Assembly: GCA_038143065.1 (NCBI GenBank) | Contig: JAYQLI010000012.1 | Coordinates: 32,001-96,000 of the forward strand | Direction of reading: 5' to 3' | Length of the DNA stretch: 64,000 nt | Origin: Rhodospirillales bacterium | GTDB lineage: Bacteria; Pseudomonadota; Alphaproteobacteria; Bin95 | The notes under the pieces: model-generated | Databases searched by the model: none | What the model was told of the DNA's origin: nothing | The model's input: only the letters and a program-made list of their open reading frames with translations | In this document: in pieces, positions 37,105 through 48,099 of the stretch | Position numbering within the stretch: position 1 is the first letter of the stretch | Layout: each line of letters begins with the position of its first letter | Position numbers and translations under genes: made by a program

Positions 37105-37185
37105 CATGGTTCAAACACAGTCGCTTCAAACTGCGATAAAAACTGTGCACTACATGTCATGCGAGAGCATATGGAAAAGGTGTGG
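37105..37185 (+). repeat. Diverged duplicate of the last 81 bp of integrase 3 (36171-36251)
   Basis: 64/81 identical by manual alignment, last 23 bp identical; encodes HGSNTVASN...VMREHMEKVW. Confidence 0.9.
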
Positions 37186-37470
37186 AGTTAAACTACATAA
37201 CGGAGCTATACCAGAGTGCCCCAGAGGCGGCACAAGGAGGCACTTAAAGGGCAAGCATAAGATACACTTGGGTATCAAAAAGGAAGTTTTTGATCCAAAC
37301 AAAGTAATAGCATTAGAGAGCAACCCTAAAGACATGTAAAAAATATCCCAAAGCTATGCGAAATAAAGACAGCTCTAATAGCAGACGATAAAGAATAAAT
37401 TGTAGTGTAGTTTGTTCTAAGCTGACAGGGTGTTCAGAGACACCCAAACCCTTATGTATTATATATTATA

Positions 37471-37540
37471 TATTACGAATTAAGTATTATGACTTACATA
37501 TTACGTCTTACGAATTAACCCTTACAGCTTACCCTTTAAC
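37471..37540 (+). repeat. Degenerate 7-bp tandem array (NNTTA(C/A)N, about 10 units) after an AT run
   Basis: TATTACG AATTAAG TATTATG ACTTACA TATTACG TCTTACG AATTAAC CCTTACA GCTTACC CTTTAAC; also at about 1-65. Confidence 0.75.
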
Positions 37541-37606
37541 CCTGCCTTAGGAGCTTTTCCTAAGGTGTTTTTTATTTATGTATTAAGAACAGAAAGATAA
37601 TTTAGA

Positions 37607-38191
37607 ATGACCAAGTATATTGATCCAAAGCTCTCTCAAGAGACCCTAGAAACCTACCAAGGCTATAGCCTTCAGGTGTTTACCTCAGGGCGCATTAAGC
37701 TCAGCTTTCATAAAAGCCATAAAGACAGAGTTGAGTACTATGCAGTAAAGCCTAAGCGCTCCAGAGAAGCTTATAAGCGTCAGTATAATCGTAGTGCTTT
37801 AACTAAGCCCGAGCATTACCAGTTAATGGAAGAGCTACTGGCTGAACACCCCAACAGCCTCATCTACAAAATGCACCTTAAAGGGGATATCAATGCCACG
37901 GCTGATAATGCCCATGTGCTTGTAAACAAATAAGGAGCTCCTTCATCTGGTGCTCGATAAGCTAACTCCACCAATGGGCAACTACCAACTCAAGTCATAA
38001 ACGCCTTACTAACAGCAAGTGGTCCTAAGAAAGGACGCAGCGCTATCTTCAATGAGTACATGGCCAGCTATCAGCATGACTGGGTGGATATAATCTTCAC
38101 TGAGCAGGACTACAGAGATGGGTATCGTGACTTAAGAACTAAAACAGCTGCGTTCACACAGCACGACGAAGACGACGACTTAAGCTTTTAA
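37607..38191 (+). CDS. Hypothetical element-backbone protein, copy 2 (internal frameshift; ends DEDDDLSF)
   Basis: Near-identical to 132-717; C-terminal frame EQDYRDGYRDLRTKTAAFTQHDEDDDLSF*. Confidence 0.8.
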
Positions 38192-38277
38192 TTTAAAGCG
38201 GCTCACTCGATAAAACTTGATTTGAGTGAGCCATGGTCGCACCCTGAGACAACATTTAATTGAGATAAGTTTGTAAA

Positions 38278-40066
38278 ATGACAGATAAGAAAGAAAAAAC
38301 TCCAAAACAAAAAAGCATTTCTGAAAGAGAACGTGCAGAAACAGTTGCCCGGGCAATCTTGGCGCAACAACCCCAACTTTCGAAAACAGCGCCACGCAAA
38401 GAAAAACTCGCCTGGGACCAAACTCCTACCTTGCCCGGTCAAGTGGGGGATTGGATCGACCAACAACCCGTAGCATGTTGATCAATTCCCTCAGTTGGTC
38501 GAATGGTCAACACGTACCTGAGCAACTGGAACATATCCTGATGATTATGGCCCAATGGTATGTGCGCAAGGATGGTAAATATTATGACGTTGAGGAACCA
38601 GGGCCAATGTTATCCCGAGACGACGTAGAGCGGGTAATTATTCAAAAGATTAAAGGAAGAATTTCCGGCCAACGCTTTAAGCAACGATGCTGTAAGTCAA
38701 CTCCTACAAGTTTTGATTAAGGATCAGTTTGTCGACCCTAGGCGTTCAATCCCAATATGGTCGGGCTTACGTCAATCAATGCCTGGTAATACTCGCAAGC
38801 TTGCCTTCAAAGGATGGTCGCCACGATAAACACATGGAAAGCTCCAGAGTATCGCTCGTTGAATATCAACAAACCAAGCTGGGGACCCTTCGAGAAGTAT
38901 ATGGAGGTAACGTTTCCCAGACCCAAAGAACGAGAAATGCTGCTCAACTGGCTTGCCTGGTGCCTACAAAACGAAGGGGACAAACCTGGCTGGGCACCTT
39001 TCCTCTATTTCTCAACAAAGGGATCTGGAAAAAGTACTTTTGCAAAGATTGCAGGGTTGCTGTTTGGAACTCAAAACACAGCAACAGAAAAATAATATCA
39101 ATAAACTGGTTTCTAGGTTCAATGCACCAATCCTAGAAAGAAGCTGGTCGTCTGTGAAGAGCTTTACGTACCCCAGGGTCAGACAAAGCAAATGCAATCA
39201 AAACCTTCATAACTGAAAAAGAAACAGTAGCTGAACATAAGTACCAAGCAGTTCAGCAAGTAGAACAAGTTTGCGCGTTTATCTTTATAACCAATCACAA
39301 ACCCATCTGGCTCGAAGAAGATGATAGGCGTTTTTATGTCATAGAAGTCGACCATGATGGTCACAGATGGGGGCCAAATGGTGAAGCATATTCAAAACAA
39401 GTCGCATCCCTGATGGATTACCTCCAAGACAATACTAACCTGGCCAAACTCTACGGGGCGCTTATGCAACATGATATTCCCGTTGAGTTTGATGCTCCTC
39501 GCTTGATGTCCTTGGATCCTCCACGAGTGTAATGCAAAGAGATACGGCAGGCTTCAGGGGATATTGGACGCCAGATTGTTAAGGAGTGGCTAGATGGAAA
39601 CGGTGTAGTAGCCATAAACAATGTTGGAATTAAGGCTCTAGTCAAGGAAACTACATAAGTAAGGCCAGCGCGATGAAATATACTGAGCGATCTAGGCTGG
39701 ACCCAGGTACAAGCAAAATATGACGGTAAAGATTACCAAAAGTCCATCTGGCTAAGAGAAGGATATACCTTGAAGGCGGGAGTCCTGCATCACGCAGACG
39801 GTTGGTCTCGAGACACTGAAGAAGGCGAGCATCATTTCGATGACCGAATGGTTTCCGACGTATTCCGGGTCTATAGCCGTCGTGATTTGTTTGGGAAGGG
39901 ATTGAGCTTGATGATAAAGATGCTGGCTTCTGAACTGGAGCGAATTCGAGCGCGCCACAAAGTGTATATGCGAGAGCGTATGCAGGTATTGATAAGCGAT
40001 GCTCAATATCTCTGGTGGGATTGGGTGTTCGTCAATCGTTTCGAAGAGGCTCTTAAAGAAATATGA
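38278..40066 (+). CDS. D5/DUF5906-like SF3 helicase (primase-helicase family), frameshifted; may be more than one gene
   Basis: LLNWLAWCLQ..KPGWA, KGSGKSTF Walker A, LVVCEE Walker B, FITNHKP..EEDDRRFYVI motif C. Confidence 0.82.
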
Positions 40067-40380
40067 AGAGCTCATGACAAAGCGCGTGAAGATGACCCAC
40101 AACGAATGCATGAATGCAAAAACAATCAAACGTATGAGTATTCGCTTCGAAGAAAAGGATATCCTAGCCCATCGCTTCACATATGCGGTTGCCACGGTAC
40201 CCATTAAGCCGTGTAGATCTCATACGTCATGAGTGTAACAACGCACTTTGTATCAATCCGCGCCACCTCATGACGGGGGATCATCAAGAGAACTTCGATG
40301 ACTTCATTGCTGAGCAAGCTTATGGAACACGCTGGAAGATGCTAAAAAATTGAAGCACCCACTATAAACAAAAATACTAC

Positions 40381-40500
40381 TCACCCTTTCACCCTAACGC
40401 ACTATAGTTGGCTATTACGCTTTCAAAAATCACCCTAGGGTGAATAAAAAACACCCTTACGTAAAAATATTGCGATAAAAATAAGAAAAGGTGAAAGGGA
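40381..40500. other. ori-like iteron array downstream of the helicase
   Basis: TCACCCT copies; central palindrome TCACCCTAGGGTGA (40430-40443); outer inverted pair CCCTTTCACC / GGTGAAAGGG around AT-rich DNA. Confidence 0.6.
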
Positions 40501-40506
40501 GAGTTG

Positions 40507-41570
40507 CTAAATTAAACTCTTAGACCTTCCACTATTCCGCCCCTGCCGAAAGTCTTCGCAGGGGTATTTACAGATCGCGTCGGGTAAACTTAATGCAGTC
40601 CACCACTTTTTGACTTTATTGCTTAATTCTGTAATATTACCTGAGGTACTATCCCACGTGTTTGCAGTGCCTTCCTTAGTTGGACCACATTTCTGACCAA
40701 GTGACATCTGGAACTTCAAGTTGTTGTAGTTCTGACCAACTTGGAGTTGCTTCTTTGCTGCTTCCCAAGCTTTTCGGAGAAGCCTTTAGCTGCGACGTAT
40801 TTCCTCTTTGGGAGGCACTTGATTGAACAAACTTCAAGCTCTTCATCGCTTTGCATAAAGTCAGGATTAAAAGCGCGCTTTTAGTGCACTCATATCTTTT
40901 AAAGTTGCGCATAGATCATAAGATTTCTAAAGCGGTCACGCCTACAATGACTGCCGTTCCCAAATATGGGATTGCCTCTGCTGGCATCGACGTCACCTCA
41001 CGCCTTGCGGTTTTCAACTGCTCTTTTCCCAATTACATCCGCAGTTTCATCAACTGCTGTTTTGAATGCAACCTTCTTCCCTTTAAATGGAATAACACCC
41101 ATTCCAAAATCCCGTACTTGCGATTTTAATTGGCGATTTGTAACTCGAAAAAGTTGCCAATTCAGCAGCTGCTCAGTGACTTGACTCCTCCAATTCACGT
41201 TTTAACTGTCTCTCTGTGATGAGATCAGCAGATAATTCACGGGTCTCTTTTTGAAGTTTCCGGTTGGTAATACGAGTATCTGCTAGATCTGCACTAGTAT
41301 CTCTCAATTGCCCTTTAATTTCTCGTTTAGCGTTGCGCTCTAATACAATTTCTTCACCAAGCCCCGCTATCTCTGCCTTGTTCCGCGAGGCGATTGTTTG
41401 GATTCCCGTTAAGGCTTCAAATCCATTGTTTACAATAGAAAATAATGATCCCCCAAGGAATAAAACTATGTTTTAAAGCAAGCGAAATCAATAAAACTGC
41501 CGTAATTATTATTGTCTTAAGGTTCAAAAAATTCGCCACAAAAATCTAAAAATTTTATACATTTATTGCC
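40507..41570 (-). CDS. Hypothetical membrane-anchored coiled-coil protein(s), frameshifted
   Basis: Adjacent minus-strand ORF fragments with an N-terminal hydrophobic segment; family not recognised. Confidence 0.4.
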
Positions 41571-41880
41571 TCCTAGAAAGTCAGTTTAAGAGTACAAGCT
41601 TCTGGAAAGAACTTCATATAATACTATTTCATCAACTTGGTTTATTGACAACCTGCAATCACAGAGTAATTGTCAGTCCACAAAATATTCTGGTTGGGTG
41701 AAATGAGATTAACTGCTTCTTTACCTTCAAGTTATTCTCTCGAGGTGCCCAAAAAGTGGTAACGACCACTGCCGAGGTCGTGTCTAAAAACCCAGAGGCA
41801 GCTTCGTTAACAGAAACAGTAATTAAAGGGTCACCAATTATGCACATGTTGGTGAGCGTTTAATTCACTTTCACTTAATT

Positions 41881-42174
41881 GTGTTTGGAATAATGCTCGG
41901 CTTTACAATGATGACTTTAATCATTGCACTCGGAAAACTAGCAATAGCGTTAGAAGTTAAATTTTTTGCTGAGCATAGAGATCTTATTTTAAATTTTGGA
42001 TATTTTTCGTTCTTTGCCGGCATCCTGTACGGTTTCGTACGTCACTATATGTCAAAACATCACAAACGATTTATTGCTTCAGAAAAACGTAAATTAGAAA
42101 AAGAGTTTGAAGCCAAAAAACGAAAACTAGAAACTGACTTCAACGAGTTGAAGGTTGAATTGAAACAAAATTGA
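41881..42174 (+). CDS. Hypothetical membrane protein
   Basis: Two hydrophobic helices and a charged coiled-coil tail. Confidence 0.45.
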   Translation: MFGIMLGFTMMTLIIALGKLAIALEVKFFAEHRDLILNFGYFSFFAGILYGFVRHYMSKHHKRFIASEKRKLEKEFEAKKRKLETDFNELKVELKQN

Positions 42175-42442
42175 GCTTGAGCATGCACGCTTAAAAGCAC
42201 TTGTAGATAGATCTAAAAATAAAGATGAAAGCTCATCGGTCTGGGATACGATTTCAGCGTATAACGGTTAGTGAGGACGTCGAAAAAAGAAACAAAAAGA
42301 AGAATAGAATACTGTCTTGACCAAAAATTCAATACGAACTTTTAGATTTTCCATGGTTATTAATTGCCCACTAGTCACAGCCCCGTTAAAACTGAGCATT
42401 TTTGAGCATCTATGATGGTAACAAGAAAAGGAGATTACCATC

Positions 42443-42673
42443 ATGCTTACCTTATTTTTGCTGCTCGCTGCTGCGGGCGGTATCCTTCGGCTTACCCTGG
42501 CCTGGCTGTTAAAACAGCGCTGGGGCGTATCTATTGGCGTCCCTCAAGCCTTAGCCGGTGCGCTTGTGGTGCTGGCAGGACTGCCTGAGTTCATTAAATC
42601 CATTCCCTTTCCAGTGCCTTTAGGCCTGACCATTGGCCTGCTGCTTCCAGACCTTTTGCTGAGAAGAGGCTGA
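42443..42673 (+). CDS. Small hydrophobic membrane protein
   Basis: RBS AAGGAG upstream; 76 aa with about three hydrophobic segments. Confidence 0.6.
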   Translation: MLTLFLLLAAAGGILRLTLAWLLKQRWGVSIGVPQALAGALVVLAGLPEFIKSIPFPVPLGLTIGLLLPDLLLRRG

Positions 42674-42985
42674 TATGGGGCAGCTGGATATAAGACCAGG
42701 ATGCATCGTGCTGATAGCAGGCTTTGATGACATCCCAGAGCACAAATTCCTTATAGAAGAAATCTATGAGGGAGTTCGTTACAGGTATGGCTCTCTCGGT
42801 CCCTTTGCAGGGGGCCACGGAGAGCCAGACAAAGGATGATCCAGCTGTGATTACTCAGGGAACAACCAACGACAGCTGAGTGTAGCTGTCAGGGAAGGGC
42901 TTAAACCCAGCCCTTCATTGTTCTTACTCACAAAATCCCAACTCAACATCAAAACCAGGGCAATTGCCCCAGCAAGGGAGACAGT

Positions 42986-44239
42986 ATGTCTGCAGACATA
43001 AAATACGCCTATAAACGGCATAACACCTGGGTCTATCCCTTAGAACCTATCCCAAGGCGCTGCAACCCATCCTTGGTTCCAAGCCTCAAGCAATCCCTCA
43101 GAACAGCTGATGCCAAACAGGCAAAAGTCAGAGTGGCAGAGCTTAATCAAACATTCACAAACCTCGTAAAGGAGGCACAGGCTCATGCTGATGCTGCAAC
43201 AGATGAACCCAACCCTGAAACTACTCAGCTTGGTGTGGCTTCCTCGATATCAGCGCGCAAGGCTTCTGGGTGAGCAGCCTGTTCATGGGTTAGCGAGGAG
43301 ATATCTAAAAGAGCTATCTCTAACGCTTAGACCCGGCACCACAAAGTCCATTCGCTATGCGCTGGAGCTTCTAAGTTCTCATGTAGGCAAGAAGCAAAAG
43401 ATAGGGGAGCTTAGCACTGATACAGGAAGAGATATCTTAAAGCTAATATCCAAGCTCTCTCCCAATGTCAGGAAATACGCAAAGGCTAAGGAGGCCAGCC
43501 TAACAAAGCTAGTAGAGCTCTCACAAACCTATGAGGCCATATCCCTGACACCACAAACGCAGGGCCGTATCTTCAAACAATGCAGCGCTTCCTTGACTGG
43601 TGCGTGAGAGAAGGAGAGCTAGACAGCAACCCTTGGTCAACTCTCAGCATAAGAGCAAAGCCAGAGGTCTCCCCTCATGGCGTTCTAACAGATGAGCAAG
43701 TCTCAACCCTTCTCAAAGCCAAGGATAGGGTGCTTCACAGCGCCCTTCTCTTTGGCCTGCTCACGGGAATGCGCTCAGGGGAGATCTGCGGGCTCATGGC
43801 AGAGGATGTAACCCATAAAGGCAACCTTGGGCGGTTTATCAAATCAAGCCCAACGCTATTCGGCAGCTCAAGTCAAAAGCAGCTGAACGGGAAGTACCAC
43901 TTCATCAAATCCTAGAGCAGCTTCTGGATACATCCCTGCCAAAACAGGGAAGGCTATTTCCCTACCTAACAGTTGATGCTGTGGTGAAGCGGTATGCCAA
44001 GCTCAGAAGGCTCTACCCTGAACTCCAAGGCAGCGTGTTCCACTCTACCCGCAAGTGGTTCATCACTCCAGTGTGAGCGCACAGGCACCCCTGAGCACTT
44101 CACGGCCTCCCTTGTGGGACATCACTCTGCGAGGTCTGCCAATAAGCTTACCTATAGGCTTTACTCAGGAGGCATCAGTGATGCTCAGAAGAGAGCAATT
44201 GTGGATGGGGTGAGGTTGCCATCAGAGCTGGCGTTATAA
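42986..44239 (+). CDS. Tyrosine integrase 4 (DUF6538-type), frameshifted
   Basis: KRHNTWVY, LKQSLRTADAKQA, LLTGMRSGEICGL, FHSTRKW, LVGH, final Tyr in YSGG. Confidence 0.88.
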
Positions 44240-44250
44240 CCCCTAAATAT

Positions 44251-44289
44251 CCCCCGTCTGGCTGCCCTTCGCGGGTGGTCAGGCGGGGG
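44251..44289 (+). terminator. 17-bp stem-loop directly after integrase 4
   Basis: CCCCCGTCTGGCTGCCC-TTCGC-GGGTGGTCAGGCGGGGG; all four non-Watson-Crick pairs are G-U on the + strand. Confidence 0.65.
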
Positions 44290-44326
44290 TATGACACTAA
44301 TTTTTTGTAAAATACAACTGACCAAA

Positions 44327-44400
44327 TGCGGACATTAGCATAAAGCGCAGCGAATGACTGGGTGAGCCCGAAGCAGAATTTAGCGATAAAGTCTAATGGT
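44327..44400. repeat. Modular palindromic junction site 7
   Basis: TGCGGACATT-16nt-AATGACTGGG-TGAGCCCGA-AGCAGAATTT. Confidence 0.7.
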
Positions 44401-44723
44401 TACCTTATAAATCTAAACCTAGATCGAAATCATCACACATCAGCGAAGTGCTCACAAACATTTTACAACATACGAGAATATGCTGACATATTATGCCGGT
44501 GTAACAGTGGAAGTTGCTTTGTGTCCCAAAATAGCAACTGAAATTCAACGATTATCTCTCCACCGTTACACCAATATGATCAGTGTTGGGATGAGTTTTT
44601 GTTCTGTTAAATGAGGCATTCAGCACCTTGAATGCGGAAGACATAAACAAAAGTTTATGGAGATCATTCAACATTGGGCAAACGTTGCCAGTTTGCGACT
44701 GTAAGTAAATCAACTTTTCTCGC

Positions 44724-45445
44724 TTAAAAATTCAGAAATGCCCGCCATGATTTTTTATCCGCATCTTCTAGATAATCACGAGATCCTTGCACCGTAAATG
44801 AATGACGAGCACCGCCATATACCCGCGCCGTGTGCTCCACACCGGCCTCTGTAAGCTCATTCAATAGCCCCGCTAAATCATCCATCCCTGATACTGGATC
44901 AGCGGAACCGTGCAATAAGATCGTTCCTTGAGTGTTCGAATAGTCTGGCCTTCCGGGGTCGCCAATCCTCCATGAAAACTTACAAAACCATCAAGTGGAA
45001 ACCCTGCACGCGCGCCTTCCAAGACAGCAGCACCGCCAAAACAATATCCTGCTAAGATGCTACGTGCTGTACCTTTTGAGGTTGCTTCAATCCCTTTTGA
45101 TATCCGAGCTCTGAATTCTGAGCGATCCTTGTAAAGTTTGCCTGTTTCACGACGATAATCATCAAATCCATCTAGTTTCGCATCTACACCAAACAGATCT
45201 AAGGCAACGGCCCGATAGCCTTGTTCCGCTAGCATTCTCGCTCGACCAATTTCATAGTCATCAAGTCCGTTCCAATCATGGATAATGTATACAGTTGTTG
45301 ATGCCGTGCCTTCTGGTTCGGCGACGAATGCTTTATATATGTTATCCCCGATTTGGTATGTGATCATGCTATTGTGCCCTGCCGCAATAGGTTGCGTGGC
45401 AACTAAAAGAAAAATGGATTGTAGAATTGATCTAATAAATATCAT
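44724..45445 (-). CDS. Dienelactone hydrolase family protein with signal peptide, frameshifted
   Basis: IIHDWNGL, GYCFGG nucleophile motif, SFHGGL, HGSADP, YGGARHSFT. Confidence 0.92.
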
Positions 45446-45604
45446 CTCGTGAACTCCTTCAACATCGTAGGACTAAATAGCCTGAATATTTAGATCTGCA
45501 ACTACGTATCGATTGGGTTGAGCGCGAATGGTTTGATGGTAAATATCGAAAGTGTAATGCTGGTTCTGGTGGGGTGGCTTGCACGGCTTGGGATTATGCC
45601 AAAT

Positions 45605-45720
45605 AAAAAATGGCTGACCTAGAGGAGTAGGCCAGCCAGTATCTAACTACGGGACGCGGAGGGATTGCGTCACTAATAGGAAGACTGACTTCCCCAACCA
45701 TTGCCGAAAGCCAGTCAGTG
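45605..45720 (-). ncRNA. Cuckoo/alpha-r14(CcsR)-like multi-hairpin sRNA, copy 1
   Basis: Hairpins with C/U-rich anti-SD-like loops on the minus strand (CUCCUC, AUCCCUC) ending in a terminator with U-run. Confidence 0.65.
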
Positions 45721-45850
45721 AAACAGTAACTGGTAGATACTTGTCTCAATCACCAAATCGCATCAAGCATCTGGGCGTCAAAGTTTGACCTAACGTCACA
45801 GATTTAAAATACTGATCATCTGCCTAATTTTTGTTCAACTAAAATAAAAG

Positions 45851-45957
45851 AAAAAATGGCTGACCTGTGGGAGTAGGCCAGCCAGTCTCCAACTGTCGAC
45901 ACTGGGATAGCGTCAAGGAGTAGAAGGCTGACCAGAGGGAAGTCAGGCAGCCTTCGA
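45851..45957 (-). ncRNA. Cuckoo/alpha-r14(CcsR)-like multi-hairpin sRNA, copy 2
   Basis: Three hairpins with loops containing CUUCCCUC, AUCCC and CUCCCA; terminal stem TGGCTGACCT..AGGCCAGCCA shared with copy 1. Confidence 0.65.
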
Positions 45958-46223
45958 TGACACAAAAAATTCACCTGCAGCTAGCAAGGAATTAGTAAAA
46001 TGCTAGTGTCAATTAAAGTTTACACACTTCAGATTCAGTATCAAGATAATATTTTATTTTTTTACGCTGTGTCAATCGCAGAGTAAAAAGGGCCAGATCG
46101 CATCAAGCTCAAACCAGTTAGGTATTTTCTTTGACAATGATAATATCTAATAAATTATCTTATTAAAAAGTTTCATCGGTGCTAAAAGAACACCTCAAAA
46201 TTAAAAAATGTAAAGCAAGCCAG

Positions 46224-46824
46224 ATGTACAAAATAATAGGTTCCGTCAAAAGTCGGGCGTTTCGAGTTTTATGGATGCTAGAAGAAATGGGTCTGACCCT
46301 ATGAATATACTCATGCTCCACCCCATTCAGAGTTAGTCAAACAATATAATCCCTCTGGCAAGATACCAATTCTTATAGACCGAGGCGCAGTTATTACAGA
46401 CTCAAATGCGATCATGACTTACCTAGCAGACAAACATAAGACATTGACTGCACCAGCCGGTTCAATTGAACGTGCACATCAGGATGCGCTTTCACATCAA
46501 ATCATAGACGAAATTGATGCTGTTTTGTGGGCCGCTTCTCGTCCTTCGTTAGGCCTTAAGGCATTAGAAAACTTCCCCAATATAAAAGACAGTTTCAAAC
46601 AAGAATATAAACGAAACCTTGACCGTCTTGAAAAACAGATAAAAGGGTCGTTTTTAATGGGTGACAATCTTTCTTTACCTGATTTCATCCTTGGCCATTG
46701 CGCGGGTTGGGCATATGTTGCAAAGTTTTACACTGGGAGTGAGAAATTTGGGGCATACGTTAAAAGCTTAAGAACACGACCGGCATACCAAGCTGCAGCT
46801 CGATTAGATATGTCTGACAGTTAA
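46224..46824 (+). CDS. Glutathione S-transferase, frameshifted
   Basis: SRAFRVLWMLEEMG, NPSGKIPIL, DSNAIMTYLADKH. Confidence 0.9.
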
Positions 46825-47185
46825 TAAGGTCCACATGTCCCATCAGGGGAAGGTGTGGAAGGTTTACAGATATAAGAATCTATCGAACCCAAAAGGGCAT
46901 TATCAGGCAACAAGAGCATACCGAAGGCGTTAAGACACGTTTGTATGAGATTTTGCGGACTACAAGACCCCAAATCACATACTAGCCAATAATAAATCGC
47001 TTTCTAGTGCGATACTAAATATACTTAATAAAATAAGATTAGTTTAGTTTAGTTAAAATATGCGGTGTGACTTAAGCAAAATATTTACTTCTTTAAACTA
47101 ATAGAACTGTCGCTTTCGGCAAAGAAAGCGTTTATGGCAAGCAATATCTTTGACAGACTGATTGGAACAAAGATACTGGCCTGTT

Positions 47186-48099
47186 ATGGAAGCCCGAAAG
47201 TTAGCTATTTGTTTAATTTTGGTATCTACGCTTGGGTTCGCGTTGCAAGACACGGTTGTGAAACTCCTAGCTAATATTGGTTCTTTGTGGCAATTGATGT
47301 TTCTGCGAGCAGTAATTGTCGTTTTAATTCTAATAACTTGGGCAGTACTTAAAAACCATCTAAATTTGATAAGACCAGCGGGCTGGAAGTGGCCAATTAT
47401 TCGCGCCTTTTTAATGAGTTGTGCGTACACTTTTTTTTATGCATCACTTCCTTTTACTTCACTAGCACAAGCGGCATCATGTTTTTTTATGGGCCCCATT
47501 TTTACCTGCCTATTTGCCGCCATAATATTAAAGGAAAAAATTGGAAGATGGAGAGTATCCTCAATTTTTTTGGGATTTTTAGGGGTACTTTACATTATTC
47601 AGCCCGGCACTTCTGGTATGCAGGCCATTTTGTTTTTGCCAGTTTTAGCGGGGGCATCTTACGCACTTGCAGTTGTAATAACTCGAGGATATTGCGCAGA
47701 TCACCCTGCCTTATCATTAACAATTATTCATAATGCATTTTATGCATTGATTGGCGCACTAATGATCACGGTTATTCCAATTTTCCCAATTGAAATAGAC
47801 ACACGAGTTTCAAATCCATTTGTTTTATCTGGTTGGGTACAACCAACATCAATGATACTTTTTTGATTGGAATTACATCGATCACTCATATTGTTGCAAT
47901 GACCGCCTCTATACGAGCCTATCAGTCAACCGAAAGTAGCTTTGTTGCCCCTCTAGAATACACATATTTAGTTTTTGCTCTAATAATTGATTACACGGTT
48001 TGGCAAACACTTCCTAATGCGCAGGGACTAATTGGTGTAACATTGGTTATTGGCGCAGGGGTCATGATTGCAATTAGAGAAGGAATAGAAAAGAAATAA
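47186..48099 (+). CDS. DMT/EamA family transporter, frameshifted
   Basis: QDTVVK, FFMGPIFT.LFAAIILKEKIG, VAPLEYTYLVF. Confidence 0.9.

Noticed and set aside
37477-38129. Assembly artefact duplicating 1-654
   Set aside because: The copies differ by scattered substitutions and have different, individually sensible C-terminal tails and downstream genes.
25154-44239. Intact prophage
   Set aside because: No capsid, portal, terminase, tail or lysis genes are recognisable.
790-44400. Classical integron with attC sites
   Set aside because: The junction sites lack the RYYYAAC...GTTRRRY ends, the modules carry their own promoters in both orientations, and the integrases look like DUF6538/phage-type enzymes rather than IntI.
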